A stretch of 64,000 nt of DNA from Selaginella moellendorffii (lineage: Eukaryota > Plantae > Lycopodiophyta), in NCBI RefSeq assembly GCF_000143415.4, contig NW_003314288.1:930735-994734 (forward strand), given 5' to 3'. The translations under genes and the position numbers were made by a program. The notes beneath the pieces are model-generated. The model did no database searches. It saw only the letters and a program-made list of their open reading frames with translations, and was not told the DNA's origin. The first letter of the stretch is position 1. Every line of letters starts with the position of its first letter. This document shows positions 24,209 to 37,939 of this stretch, piece after piece.

Positions 24209-25836
24209 CCCAAAACGGAGCGCCCAGATTCAGATAATAAGCCTTAGTATGAAGACTTGCCGGTACCTAAACTCTTTGCTGATAGCAAATACCGCCTCAT
24301 GTTCCGGGAGCAAGGTGATGGCGGCTTGCGGCATGACCAACTTTGGGTTTGTGCTGCTAGAGCACGTTGAAGACGTGTGGAAGCTGGTGACAACGGCATT
24401 TGTTTCTTGCGACGTACTCACCAGTTCCTCGGCGACGTCTTCCTTCCAGATTTTTTGAGATTGTCGTGAGTGGTGACCTGCTTGCTCTCTCCTGTGACGA
24501 CTTCTTCCAGCCTCTGGTGCCCAACCTCAAGGTGGATGGAGCTAGCCCTACACAGTGTGTGTGTGTGTGTATCAACCAGCAGATGCACAAATCGTTGAGA
24601 ATTAGCAACAAGTGTGTATCATAGGCTTAGTACGTAATGTACTAGTGTACATGTACATGTGTTTCAGCTAAATATAATGGGCCAAATACACCGAAGAAAT
24701 GTGTATAAGAAGAGTAGAAACAAATTAAGAAATGTAAATTAAGAAGTGCAAAAGAAATGAAAATAAAAATTGTCCGTCCTCTCAGTTTGCTGAAATTAAG
24801 TTGGATTCAATTCTTCCACCTCCAAATATTGTGTGATTGAGTTGTAAGTTAATTAATAGTAGAAAATAAGAAAAAAAACAAACATTGAAAAATAGTGTTT
24901 GATAGTATCTTCTTTGCTTTTAGTTATTTATTTTCGAAAGAAAATTAGTGGGGGAGTGCTGGTAAAGATATCTTTGCCGTTCATTGGTGGTTAATTAAAT
25001 GAGCATGTTTAGAGATGTTTATAAGAGTTTAGCTCTGGACCAAGAGTTACCCGAAAATTAAAGTTCAAAATTAACGTTTTCCCTATTTGCACAATAACTT
25101 AAGCTAAAGTAATGTACTTACCCTTATTTTTTATGGGAAAATTATTAGTATTTTACGAAAAAGAAGGCGAATTTAGAGGATTCTTAACTGTTGGGGTCAT
25201 TTTATTTTAAGGGAAGTTGTTAAAAATTATTCCGGAAATATTTGAGAAAAGGCTTTGGCGTGCCTGCGAAGAAGATCTGTGGCAGCAGCCGCGGAGATTT
25301 ATGAGGAGAGGCCTGAGGCGGTGGAGGAAGCAGGTAATCCGATTTTAGGGTTGGAAGAGGAAACAGAGCTCTGGGAAATGGGGCCGATCGAGCTGGATCT
25401 GGGCCTGCTCGTGCTCTATCTTCACCAACAGGAGGAGGAAGAGGTGCCCATGGAGGGAGAGGTGGCCATGGAGTGGGAGGAGGGCGCGGGTGGCCGGGGT
25501 TGGCCGCGGATCTCTGAATGGCCCCGGGAGGATTAGGCCATGGTTCTGAGGCGGCTCGAGGAGGGGGTGCCCCGGGAGGAGGAGGCCATGGTTCTACTCT
25601 AGGAGGAGGACGCCGCGGTTCTTCTCCGGGAGGAGGAGGCCATGGATCATCGCCAGGAGGAGGCCAAGCCTGGGTGGGAGGAGCCGAAGCCACAGCGGGA
25701 GGAGTCCAAGCCGCGCCCGGAGGAGCCCAAGCCACGTCCGGAAGTTCCCCTGGAGCACAGCGTGCCGGGAGCTCCAACTGCTTTGAGAAACAGAGATGGC
25801 GGTGAGTTTACATTTCTTAGGTTGCATGCATGCTGA

Positions 25837-26097
25837 GTGATTGAAAGCTCCCGGCAGGGTCATGAAGAAGAGGGAGATGACAGCGTCCCCGATCTGGAAC
25901 AAGATCCGGATGCTCACATGGAGGAGCTGGCTGTCCAGTTTGTGGATACCTCGGGTTTTGCTGCACCTGCTGCTGCGAAGAGAACCCGGGGAAAGAACTG
26001 GAACCATGCTGAGACCATGCTCCTGATTGATCTCGTTCGGGAAAAACATCTCGCGAAGATTGCGGGGGAGGGAGGAGCAGCCAGCATGTTCTCATGA
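25837..26097 (+). pseudogene. PIF/Harbinger Myb/SANT-like (trihelix) DNA-binding protein fragment
   Basis: KRTRGKNWNHAETMLLIDLVREK motif immediately upstream of a Harbinger transposase. Confidence 0.7.
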
Positions 26098-26153
26098 CGA
26101 AGACACAGCGCATCTTTCACCCTTTTGCTTTAGGGTTTAAATGCACATTGCGG

Positions 26154-27450
26154 ATGACAAGAGCCCCGCTGCCTGAGGAAGAAGACCGTGAACTTGAGGT
26201 TCGTCGGGCTGTGATTGGGAGGAGGTTTTGCATCGGCCTGTGGTGGGTGAAGCCTCGAAATGTCACCACCTGGAGTAAGTTTTCTTTGGAGTATTACGAT
26301 GTGGGGAGGTGGAAGAGGAAACTTCAGATGGTGAAGAGGACGTTCTTCACCATTTGTGGCATGCTGGAGAGCGAGATCCGGAAGCACGATACCGGTTGGA
26401 GGAGTGTGGTGCTGGTGGACAAGCTTTTCAAGAACACAGATTACTTGGATCTGGCAGACAAGTTCGGCATCGGGGAGTCCACAGCTCATGAGATTTTCAT
26501 GGACACTACTGTGGCGATTGTCAAGTGTCTCAGGTACAAGATTCATTTTCCTTCAACCGCCAAGGAGGTTCGAGCTGTTGCTGCTGGCTTTCGACAAGTG
26601 ACAGGTACATTTTCTTATGTTTTTTGGATTGTTATAAGTTTTGATGACCAATAGGAACCCGACTGCCTAATGTTGCTGGAGCGATCGACTGTACTCCGAG
26701 ATCATCCGACCTACTAGACTGGACGGCAAGAGCTACTACGATCGGAAGCAGCGTTACTCGGTCATCTTGCAAGGGGTTTGTGATGCCCAGAAGAGGTTCC
26801 TCAGTGTCTACGCTGGGTGGCCAGGTATGTTTCTTTGTGTGTTGTGGATGGTTCTAAAATGTTCTTTTTGCTTTCAGGACGCGTCCACGACATGAGGGTT
26901 TTTCGTAATTCAACCCTCAGGAACAAGATTGTAGCAAGGGAGCTGCTGACATCGCCCGTGGTGTTAGCATATGACGATAGGATCAAGCCATACCTAGTGG
27001 GGGACAAAGGGTACCAACTCCAGATTCCACACACAAGTAAGTCTTCTTCATTCTACTTTCTTTTGTTCACTTGTTTTGGTTGTTGCTCAGCTCTGAACCC
27101 GACACCATCCAAGGCAGCTTTCAACCTTCATCACCACCTTGCTCGGATTGTTATTGAGCAAGCATTTGGACTTCTTAAAATGAAGTTCAGATGCTTGGAT
27201 CAAAAACAAAGGATCCAGCCAAAGTACCTTCCCAACATCATCAAGAGTTGTTCTTGATTGATGTTGGGGAGACTGATCTTTGGGCGGACATCCAAGCTTG
27301 GAGGAAAGAGGTGAAAAGGCTCAAGGACCAGGACCTCTTTGTTGATTACAGTGATCCTGAGCAAGCGGAAGGGGAGCCTCGTGAGGAGTTGCACAGTCCA
27401 GAGGATGTGAAAGAGGTTAGAGAGAACCTCACGTTTTCCCTGTGTCTTTG
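26154..27450 (+). mobile_element. PIF/Harbinger DDE transposase (HARBI1/DDE_Tnp_4-like), interrupted by introns and lesions
   Basis: LADKFGIGESTAHEI HTH; LPNVAGAIDCT at about 26665-26695; YSVILQGVCD...GWPGRVHDMRVF; YLVGDKGY; RIVIEQAFGLLKMKFRCL. Element ends were not located. Confidence 0.9.
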
Positions 27451-27949
27451 CCAGTGGCGTTCGTGTTTGCTTTGAAATTTGCCGGGATATAATTCTAAGC
27501 ATTTGAATTTGAATTTGAAATTTCAAAATTTGAATTAAGTGAATTTTAAGTGTTCGAATGCATTGTTTTAAAGTGCGAATCCGAGGGTGTTTTTCCACTT
27601 AAATCTAAGACATGTGCGAATGCAAAAGTCCTTATAAGTTTACTTTGCAACACAAATTTTTTCAATGTGCGAACCCAACTTTCTTAATTTTTAAAGTGGG
27701 TCGCTTAAGTTTTTTTTCACTGCGAATTGGTTCTTTCTCAACATAAAAGATAATGTTTTGCCAAGCTTGCCACAACCACTGGCAACCTTGATTGCCAATG
27801 ATGTTGTCCTTGGCTGTGGTATCTATAACCATACAGCTAGGGCCAAAGTTACACCACCAATGGCCCATAGCAAGCACAGCCATGGTGGCACAAGGTCTCG
27901 GCCATGGTTAGCACTACCTTGGCTGCCCTTAGCCGTGGCATAGCCATCT

Positions 27950-28280
27950 ACTAGAGGAGCTAGAGGAGAGCTGTTGTAGGAGGAGTGCTAGAGGAGTTGG
28001 AGGAGAGCTGTTGCACGAGAAGTGCTGGAGGAGCTGGAGAGCTGTTATAGGAGGAGTGCTGGAGGAGACTCGGGGTTTTCGAGGAGCTAAAGGGTGAGAA
28101 ATAATGATTTGATGAAAATAAAAAAGAAACTGAAAAATCCAAGAGTAGGATTGGCAAAAGTACAATGTGGAAGAGAGTTGTTGCAGGAGGAGCACTAGAG
28201 GACATGGAGGAGAGTTGCTACAGGAAGAGTGTTGGAGGGAGGAGATATGTTGCATTGCAGGAAAGTAAGAGCCACTAGAG
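27950..28280 (+). repeat. Degenerate purine-rich tandem repeats (GAGGAGAGCTGTTG.AGGAGGAG..CT)
   Basis: Several imperfect copies downstream of the transposase; possibly subterminal repeats. Confidence 0.5.
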
Positions 28281-28859
28281 GAGTTGGGTACTCATTTTAA
28301 TGCATTTTTTTATTCATATATAATTTTGAATTTTAGTACTTCTTGTTTATCTCTCAAAGAGTTCAACTAATGCTTTTGTATCAATTTTATTCTTCCTAAA
28401 GCAAATAGTGAAGAATATAAGGAAGAAGTCCTACACTCTTGCAATACTAAAATCTTGCAAACTTTCCTTTAAGAACATTATTACTAGTCAAAAAGTTCAC
28501 TTTTTTTGAGTAGTCTGATGTGTTTGTCTTTATAGCATGTCCATAAACAGAAAACAAGGAACTTTTTACTTGCTCCTCATAGTAAAGTATCACAGTGATA
28601 GAAGAAGTTTGAGCTTCTTCTCCATGCCATGGGCAACAATATAATCAAGTGGCTGTAGTAATTGATACAAAAGTTCTCCTGGATCTTGCTTGTTAGGCTG
28701 GCGTGGCTAAGACACTGATAAAGGTAAGTTCTGCAAAGAATTAAGGTTTTGCTGGATTGTCCTTACTGGGCTTACAGTTAGATCATGGGTGATCAGGAGC
28801 TCACAGTTTTGCACAAGATTTGATCAAACATGTTTCTTCCTTGAGCTAGGATCCTTGAT

Positions 28860-29050
28860 CTTCCATGGGTGGTGATCAATGCATTCACAAAAGATGCCGG
28901 AATGAAATCCAACAGCTTAAGCACTTTCAAAAGACTCCCATTTTAGCCATTTGCAGTGATCATTGCATTCCAAGAGACCAAGGTCCTCTTGCTCAAAACT
29001 TCCTGCTATGCTCATGATCACATTTCCAAGATTGAGCTCCATGTTTCTAG
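28860..29050 (-). pseudogene. Degraded PPR fragment
   Basis: Minus strand reads KRTLVSWNAMITANG*NG...LKLL. Confidence 0.45.
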
Positions 29051-29091
29051 AATTCTTCTGTGAATCGTCACTTCTTTCTCATACTGCACAG

Positions 29092-31235
29092 GTCACAAAT
29101 CACCCACGAAATCACCTCATGGAGGCTGCAACACTCAATAGTTCTAGGACTGGCAGACAAGGACAGCCACTGCCCCTTACGTGGGGAATGTGCACATTAC
29201 AGAGGTTCGTTTCTGTTTTCCAGTCTGTCTTTTAACTCCTCAAATGTCATGATCATTATGAAGAAGGGAACCCATTGAGAAAATACAGTGTTGGGCAGAC
29301 TGTTCGAGCTAAAATCCTTTCAAAACGCAAAACCAGCAGAAAGCACAGAAATGCTGCCACTTTGGATTTATCTCTACGTCCATCTGAGCTTGCAGGTCTA
29401 TATGGTGGCCCTTTGAATTAGCTTACTTATCATGACTTGCAGGAAACGATGCTGCATGCTCAGTGATTACTGACCGTAACCATTGAACAGTCGATTATCA
29501 GATACGTTCAAGAAGTAAAGGACAACTGGGCATGGCTAGTCCTCTCACCCCATCTTAAAGGCTGCCTTTTTATACTGGACACGTCTGACGATCCCTCGGA
29601 GCTTGAACGTTTTAAAGAGCGCTTCAAAGTCGGTGACCCGTTCCAGTGCCATATAAGAAGTGTTAACCACGAAAGGAAGCATGTGGATTTGTCTCTACAC
29701 CTGAAAACAAGTGACGAACAATTCAAGAAAGGCGACCTGTTAGGCCGACGAATCACACGAGTTTTTGCTGGTGTTGGCAGACATACTGTGCAAGGCAGAT
29801 GGGAAAGTATCAGAAAAGTTCATGTAACGATACATGGATTGATGACCCAGCCAGTTTATTTTTCGTAAGGTCTTGGATTTAAAACGACCAGGGAGGGGAA
29901 AGATGGGCTTGGAACTTTCAGTAAGTTGGTGGACGTGGTGGTTTTGAGTCCCTTCCGAGCTATCAAACACTTGAAAGGTAACTTCCGAGATTTGCATTAA
30001 ATTTTTTTGACTCTGCATCCAATGCTCGTATTGTCAATTCCGTGTTGGAACGTAAGCAAGATATGAAGTGCAAGTAAGCAGAAACCTTGCATGCTGTGGA
30101 CGTGACTTGTTTTTGTGTTGCAGGGTTTTGTCAAGAATGTGATGGAGAAAGGTTGTTTTGTGGTCCTGGCACCTTCACTTGAAGCTAGAATTCAACTGAA
30201 GAACCTATCGAACTCGTTTGTACAAAACCCTGCAGAAATGTTTCCACCAGGCAAGGTGATATCGGGAAGGTATGAACTTTTCTCCATATGGAAGTGTTTG
30301 CTGATATCTTCTTCTTCGTCAGAATTTTAAGCATCGAGCCATTGTCTGGGCACATTGAAATGTCTTTGGTGGCAACAACATCACAAGATTCAAGTGGCTG
30401 GAAGAAGTTTGGTGCTGGAGAGATCATTAGTGACCGCATACACAACATTGAAGCATTTGGGATCTTCATCAGCCTTGCCCAGAGCGATGTGGTAAGCTCT
30501 CTCTCTATCTTGGTTTCAAGTTCTTAGTCTGTGCTCCAGGTTGCTTGTGTCATGTCTCTGAAGTGTCTTACGATTTTATTCAAGACTTGTCAACAACTTA
30601 CAAAGTCGGCCAATGGGTTCAAGTAAAGATTCTAAAGGTGAGAACGAAAGCTTTAGTAAAACCACAGGGTTATGACCCTGAGGATGGCATCAAGCCGATG
30701 GAGGAAGAAGCTATAAATGAAGAGCCTTCAAAGACAAATGCGCTCATGGATAATGATGAGAGGGAGGAGGAGGACTACTTGGATCTGGCATCAAAACGAT
30801 TCCCACAGCTATGCATGGCGATCCACTCTCAACAAAGACGTTGAGGATACAGTGCCAATTGACTCGAAAGAGCAGAGTTACTTCTTGTTTATATTTACTC
30901 TTCTCATGTCCTGCTTCTCAACAGGGAGGCTGCAGCAAAAGAGAAGTTATTACAGAAGGACCAGCCTCCAGAGACCAAGGACGACTTTGAAAGGCTTGTA
31001 GCAGCGTCACCAAATAGTAGCTACATGTGAATCAAATGCATGGCTTATTGGTTGTGTCTTGCGGACCTGGACAAGGTGCGAGCAGTGGCTGAAAGGTAAC
31101 ACTCTACTCGCATTTGATTCTATTTTTCTTGAGGTGTTACAATCCAAGCTCTTTTTTATAGGGCATTGGAGAAGATAATTTATCAAGAAGAAATGGAAAA
31201 GATGAACATATGGATGGCTTATCTCAACCTAGAGA
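29092..31235 (+). pseudogene. RRP5: rRNA biogenesis protein RRP5 fragment (S1 repeats plus first HAT repeats), intron-containing
   Basis: S1 repeats (YVQEVKDNWAWLVLSPHLKG...FKVGD; GFVKNVMEKGCFVVLAPSLEARIQLKNLS...FPPGKVISGRILSIEPLSGHIEMSL) and a HAT region (PETKDDFERLVAASPNSSYM*IKCMAY; EKMNIWMAYLNLE). Stops and deletions; both ends missing. Confidence 0.85.
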
Positions 31236-31400
31236 AGCATTTGAAGAGCAAATGGCAATTACTTTAGGTGGTTATAATGATCATGGAAACTACTATAGTA
31301 AGCATGCTTGTGTTCGGGGATGGAGATCAAGGGTATGGTAGAAGACCTCAATGTTTTGAGTGCTAATGTTAGGGATATATTACAACAAAGTGTGGCAATT

Positions 31401-34400
31401 TGTTACAACATGGTCAACATCGGTCAAAGGGAGGCTCAAGGGTTTATAAAGGCATGTTAGGTAAGGAACTTAAAAGTGATGGCACAAAAGAGCTTTTGAG
31501 GTAGCTTGGGGGTGGTTGGGTTCAAGAGGAGGTGTAGTCTAGTCTAGGAAGACTAGATCGTTGATTCTTCATGCCGGGTCATAACATTAGTATCAGAGGC
31601 GTTGGCTGACTAAGTTGAACATTGGAATCCTATTGTTGATGGTAGTGCCGATGATGGTGCTGACAGAGCTGCAGAGGTTTGGACCATGGAAGATGTTGCT
31701 CACGAGCTGTGAACTTTTAATAAAAATCAGCAAGAGATGCAAGACAAGATGTATGGCATGATGGGGTACCTTGCATGAGCGTGTTGAGGCACTTGAGGTT
31801 GGTTGTGATGGCACTCCAAGTAAACATTCCTTAGTGGATTAACTCAAGATTCTAACCTTTTTTGGTGGATGAGTGTCTAACTTGGTTAGCCAATGTGAAG
31901 AAGTTCTTGGTTGCTAGAAGAACTCTAGATGCAGAGGCTTTAGTGGCTATTCTAATGGTTTTATGTGATGTGGGTCTTTGGTGGTGGAATTAGTTTGAGG
32001 AGTCACCATTAGTGTTTATGATGGATGAGTTTAAGGCTGCTTTCCATTTACGTTTTGCCCTTCACTATGACATGAAAAATGTTCATACTGAACTTTAACA
32101 TTTTCAGCAAGGGAAAATGAAGCTTGGGGACTATATTGAGAAGCTAACTCATTTAATTAGTTGTGTTCCAACGAAGGATCTAGATCAGAACAAGTCCTAC
32201 TTTATTGATGGCCTTCATAGTGAGAGCATGTGGCAACACTTGCGTCATTCTCAGCCTACAAAAAGTTTGGAAGAGCTCTTTGATGCTGCTCGTTGACTTG
32301 ACAATGACAAGTATAAGTCTCACAAGTGTTTGAGGAGTCCTTCTGTTGAGAATCGTCGTGATGATCATTGTGAACACAAGGATGGGAATAAACATCACAA
32401 GCTGAAGTCTATGGTGGCTACTTTAGGTACACAGGGGTCAAAGAAGCAGAAATTCTTTGTGAAGAATTATAAACAAGGTCGTCATCATTGTGGCAAATTA
32501 AGACATTACGAAGCTGATTGTCCATAGTGAAGAGCAAACAACATAGTAACAAGAATGGCCAATCTTCTACAAATAGTAAGTCAGATACTAAGAAGTTGCA
32601 AACTTTGTAGCGTAAAGATGACGAGCACGACCATTTTGGTTGGAGGAAGAGGCTTTCGATTGTTGCTCGTCAACTTAACTATGTGTGAAACAAGATAAAG
32701 ATCGGAGACACTCGTGCATCAGTTTTAATGTTGGAGGGCATGTTCTATAGCGGTTCAATGTGGATTTTACTGGATAGTGGAAGTGATGACAACTTTGTTT
32801 CCACAAGTTTGTTGAAGAGCATGGCCTGGTGACACAAGGAGTTCTTTCATATATAGTAGAAAGTGCAACTATCTCTACTCAGCATTTCGATACTTGTCTA
32901 GAAAGGCTAGAAGTGTTGGTTGGCAAAACTACACTTGTGGAGGTTTTTTATCTCGTGTGGATCTCATTCTTGGGATGCTATAGTTAGTGAAGGTGGATCT
33001 GGAGATAAAGTGGAGTATTAAGTATGTCTTATTGGAGTACAATGACGTTAAAAATGTGTGGTTTGGAGAGGGAGTTCAACCTCCAGTTGTTATGCTCTCC
33101 GCTACATCTTTGAAGCGGGCTTGTCGTAATAAAAAAGCACTTGCTGTTTGTTCATGACTTGGGGGACCAAGCCATGTGTGGAGGAGAGGTAGCAATGCAG
33201 ACTATACTCAAAGAATTCTCTAATGTTTTTTCCTCTAAATTTCCTTATGGATTGCCTCCATTACAAAGTGTGGAGCATGGGATTACATTAGAGCCGAGGA
33301 CATGGCCAATTTACCAACGTCCATTTCAATTGAGTTATGCTGAAGAGCAAAAAGTTTAACAAGAAGTCAAGGAGTTACTTAAGTTTGGATTTATTTAACC
33401 AAATAACCCTTCATTTGGTGCTCTAGTTTTGCTTGTGAAGAAGGACGGTTCAATGAAGATGTATATTGACTACCGTGCCTTGAACAAAAAGACCATGAAG
33501 GATAAGATACCGATGCCACATGTGGATAATATCTTAGACAAGTTTGGTGAAGCACGAGTGTTTACTAAGATTGGTTTGAGGAGTGGATATCATCAGATTG
33601 CCATGGATGATGCATTTATCTCCAAGATGGCATTCAATACGAGTTTCGGGCATTTTGAGTTTACAGTTATGCCATTTGGTTTGACGAATGCACTAGCCAC
33701 ATTTACTCGGTTGATGACAAAGGTCTTTAGCCATTATCTTTATGAGTTTGTGGAGATTTTCTTGAATGATATTCTTGTTTTCAGCAAGAATATAGAGGAG
33801 CATAAGGTGCATTTGTGCAAGGTTCTTTTGTTACTCCGTGATAACAAACTTTATGTGAAAAAGAGAAAATGTGGGTTTGGAAAGTTGAAGGTAGAATATC
33901 TAAGCCATATTATGACATCCAAGATCCAAGGAAGGTGGCTATAGTGGAGAATTGGCCTACACTAATTTCAGTGGCTAAGTTACGCAATTTCCTTAGTATG
34001 CTAGTTACTACCGATATTTTCAGCATAAGTTTGCAGAGGTGGCTATTCCTTTGACACGATTTTTGCACAAGAACGTGCCATTTGAGTGGAAGAAGCCACA
34101 TGAGGATAGTATTGTGGCATTGAAACGATTGTTAAATGAGGCTCTAGTGCTTTGCATTGCTGATCCATCAAAACCTTATGAGGTGACATGTAATACGAGT
34201 GGTTATGCACTGGGAGGAGTTCTCATGCAAAAGGGACAGCCTATTGTATATGAGAGTCAAACTTTGAATCTAGCGGAGCAACACTATTGTACATATAAAC
34301 AACAGTTACTCTCCATAATTCATGCTTTGTGGACGTGGCAGCATTATCTTTATGGTGTAGTGTTCACGGTGTTGACAGATCACAAACCCCTTATATATAT

Positions 34401-36145
34401 CTTTTCATACAGAAGAAGTTGAACATTAGGCAAACTTGTTGGATGGTCAAACTCATGGAGTTTGGGGAGTTTCCTATTGAGCATCATTCCGGAAAATTGA
34501 ATGTGGTGGTAGATGCTTTATCTCGTGTTTGCCATATGATGGCGTTACAAATATGGTTTTGTTATCATTTGAGTAAGGTGGTTAGCGAGTTTGGGTAGTT
34601 GGTTGAGTGTGCTCAAGCGCAAGATTCTTGTTGCAAGGCCCAGATGGAAGCACTTTTCTCATTGGTGGATGGGATTCTTTACTACAATGGCCATGTGTAT
34701 TTGCCATAGATGGATGTGTTAATTACTTAGGTTTTATTTCACTATCATGATCGTCCAGAGGCTAGTCATTTTGGAGGGAAGAAGACATATAAGTTGATTA
34801 AGCATAATTTTTATTGGAGGAATATGAAGGATGATATCCTCGAGTACTATAAGTCATGTGAGCTCTGTCAACAGGTAAAGGTGCCATGGGAGAAGTCGGG
34901 AGGACTTTTGCAACTTCTACCTATTCCTTAAAGTATCTCTATAGACTTCATCATTTGTTTGCCACGAACACAGAGGCAAAAGGAGGAAATATGGGTTATA
35001 GTTAATCGTTTGACGAAGTATGTGCGGTTGTTGGCTCTTCAGAAGAGTGTCACTGCCTTAGACTTGGCTACAGTATACTTGGAGAAAGTTTTTCCTGATT
35101 TTGGTTTGCCGGAAGACATCATTAGCAATCGAGATTCAAAGTTCACTAGTGGATTTTGGAAGAGTTTTGCAAAGGCTATGCAAGTGACTCTGAAACTCTT
35201 GAGTGGAGATCATTCTTAGACGAATGAGTGTGTGAATCAGGTGGTGGAGGATATGCTATGCTATAGCATTGGTCAAAGGCAGGAATAATAAAATCTATAT
35301 CTTCCATTGGTGCAATTTGCCTATAACAATAGCCAACACAGTGGAACCAAGCTAAATCCTTACTTTGCCATGTTTGGAAAGCATCCTTGAATAGTGGTGG
35401 AGTTGAACATTTAAATAAGGATGTTCAAAAAAAGCTTGATTTAGAGGCGATTGATCTGGCCACAAAACTTGATGAAATTCTGGTAGTGTGCAAATGGAAT
35501 TTGTAAGCAACTTAGGACAGAGTAGAGAAGTTTGCTAATGAGCATTGCTAATTCTGGGAATATAAGGTGGGTGATCTTATCTTTGTGCGAATGATCTTTT
35601 TGTCAAGTGAGTAGTGGAACACCTTAGTGCCTTTGTGGAATGGGAAGAGTGATAAATTTTCTCATCGGTATGTTAGTCTATATGAAGTGCTGGAGTGCAT
35701 TGGTAAGGTGGCTTATCAAGTGCGGCTGCCAGCTAGGGTGAAAATTCATCCGATATTTTATGTTAGCTAATTGAAAGGTATACTATCTCGGAATGATAGG
35801 CCCAATGCCTCTTTGATGTATATGGCTATGGAAGATGGATCAAGAGCTTGAGCAGGGTTCTTTAGAAAGGGTGATTACCGGTACAACTCATCCTTGGGAC
35901 AAGGACTTTGTTGGGGGGAAGAATTGTTAGGCACCAGCTTTGACCACATGGTTAATGTCAGTCAAAGGGAGGCTCAAGGGTTTATGAAGGCATGTCAGGA
36001 TAAAAAATTTAACCTACCCTAGGGCTCACAGTGAGAGGAGCTTTTGAGGTAGCTCGGGGGTGGTTAGGTGGTGAGGAACCTCAAGAAGAGGCATAGTCTA
36101 GTCTAGGAAAATTAGATTGTTGACTTTTTGTTCCATGTCATAACA
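31401..36145 (+). mobile_element. Full-length but decayed Ty3/gypsy element; LTRs 31401-31586 and 35925-36145; TSD CAATT
   Basis: CAATT at 31396-31400 and 36146-36150; TG...CA LTR ends; PBS TAGTATCAGAG at about 31588; PPT GGGGGGAAGAA before 35925. Domain order gag, protease LLDSGS, RT (FTKIGLRSGYHQI, FLNDILVFS), RNaseH, integrase; many stops. Confidence 0.92.
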
Positions 36146-36469
36146 CAATTGTTGTTCATGATGTGAGGAATATGATGGATGGGGACATAACATTGGAACT
36201 TGTGCCATGCTAAAAAATATTCTTATGCTCTTTTGACATTTATGGATAATAGCATAACATGCAATATAGAATTAATGGAGGATGAGTAGTTTATATCTGT
36301 TTTTGCTGGAGTCATAAATAGTATAAATGTGATGATCTTGGTGGACTTTGGCTTACCAATTTCCTCTATTCAGTGTTTAATTGTTTGAAGTTTCATTATA
36401 GAAAGTCCCTTGTACTTGACCTTTATGACTTTTTTTTACTAATCATAAGTCATCAGTATAGATATTATG

Positions 36470-37030
36470 TATGGAAACGCTGGTTGTCTACACACAGTGT
36501 GGGCATTTGGAGGAATCAAGAAGGATCTTTGATGCATTGCCGGGCAAGAACATTGCATTGCGGACGGTGCTCGTGAGCGCGTATGCCGAGAGTGGGCATC
36601 TGGCTGAGGCCAAGGCAGCGTTCGATTGAATGGCAGTGCGGGACGTAGTTTCCTCCACTGGGATGGTCAAGGTGCTGGGTGATTGCAGGCAGATTGGATC
36701 GAGCAAGGTGGTGTTTGATGCGATGCCCAAGAGGAACTGCAAGACGTGCTCCGGGGATTTGCTCGCAGTGGAGAGTTTGGGCGAGCGAAAGAGGTGCTGG
36801 ATCGGATGCCCAAGATGAATGTGGTAGCATGAACGATCCTTGTGCAGGGTTTCATACAGTGCAGGCGAGTGGGCGATGTGAAGGCCGCATTTGATTCCAT
36901 GCCCGAGAAGAACAGCATCACTCGCGCGGTGATGTTTGTCGTGTTTGTGGAGAATGGATTCATGGAGGAGGCAGAGGATGTCTTCCTGGAGATTGTCCAC
37001 CGAAACATGATCCTCTGGGGGGTGATATAT
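36470..37030 (+). pseudogene. Truncated PPR pseudogene (inverted duplicate of the 5' part of 57594-58973)
   Basis: METLVVYTQCGHLEESRRIFDALPGKNIA... with frameshifts and stops; matches the reverse complement of about 58410-58973. Confidence 0.85.
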
Positions 37031-37939
37031 GACCTGTTTAGTATTTGCACACACATCAATTTTGTTATATTTATATTCTTTATTTTTCCACAATACCTAT
37101 CTTTTATGGCTTCAGTTAGGTTATAGTCATTTACACCTTTGAGTGTTTCTTCAATTTAGGCACTATATTTTTTGGTTTCCTTAAGCAAACCAGCATAGGA
37201 TATACCTGGGTATTCTTGAATATTCTATAATTTAATTATTGATATTTATTTAGAATAATTTTGTGTTTATAAATTAAAAAACATTTTAATACTGGTCATC
37301 ATGTTGACTATATATAGTTGACCGACGGTTTCGGCAAAAGGATGTTCTAATTTATTTTCAAACCTTTTAAATCTAAGAATTACTAGTTCAATGTTTGGAT
37401 ATATAAATTGCACGGATCCTCGCCTTTAGCATTTCCCAAGTGGACACTAGTCCTTTATTAGCCTCTGTTGTTCTCCACCAAAGCTTAAGATTATCTGCCA
37501 AGTATAGTTTAACACATGGGACCTTCTCTGAACTCAATAATAACAATGCTCAAAAGTAATCCTCCATATCGTAAAATCAATCTTCTACCACTTTATAGTC
37601 ATTCATGTTTGCAAGTGTGATTTTGTGGTGATGAAGCAAGAGCAACAAAAAGTCCTCTAGACAAGTTAACTTCTAGTTTAACCAGCTGCCACCCCTATGC
37701 AATCAAAGGGTAGAGGGCTAGCTCTTGATTTTTTTTGGTTGTTCTCTAGGCTTCAATCTGTTAGGAGTGATGCAAAGAGACTGTTATTGATCAGGCCAGG
37801 GATTTCCAACCCAAAGCTATGTTTCTCATACCTGAAAAGTGTATCCATAAAATATACATATCCTCTTGTAGTTTATCTTCTAAATAGAAGACAAGTGCAT
37901 GAGGTTGTACATATCGAAGTACAAACCAAAGAAGCAGAA

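Noticed and set aside
23557-24247. ORFs of 218-224 aa and the stated 788-aa length of the PPR ORF
   Set aside because: Artefacts of translating through the N gap.
24230-24560. Possible convergent terminal exon downstream of both PPR paralogs (also about 53390-53700)
   Set aside because: No recognisable domain and indels between the copies; cannot be supported as a gene.
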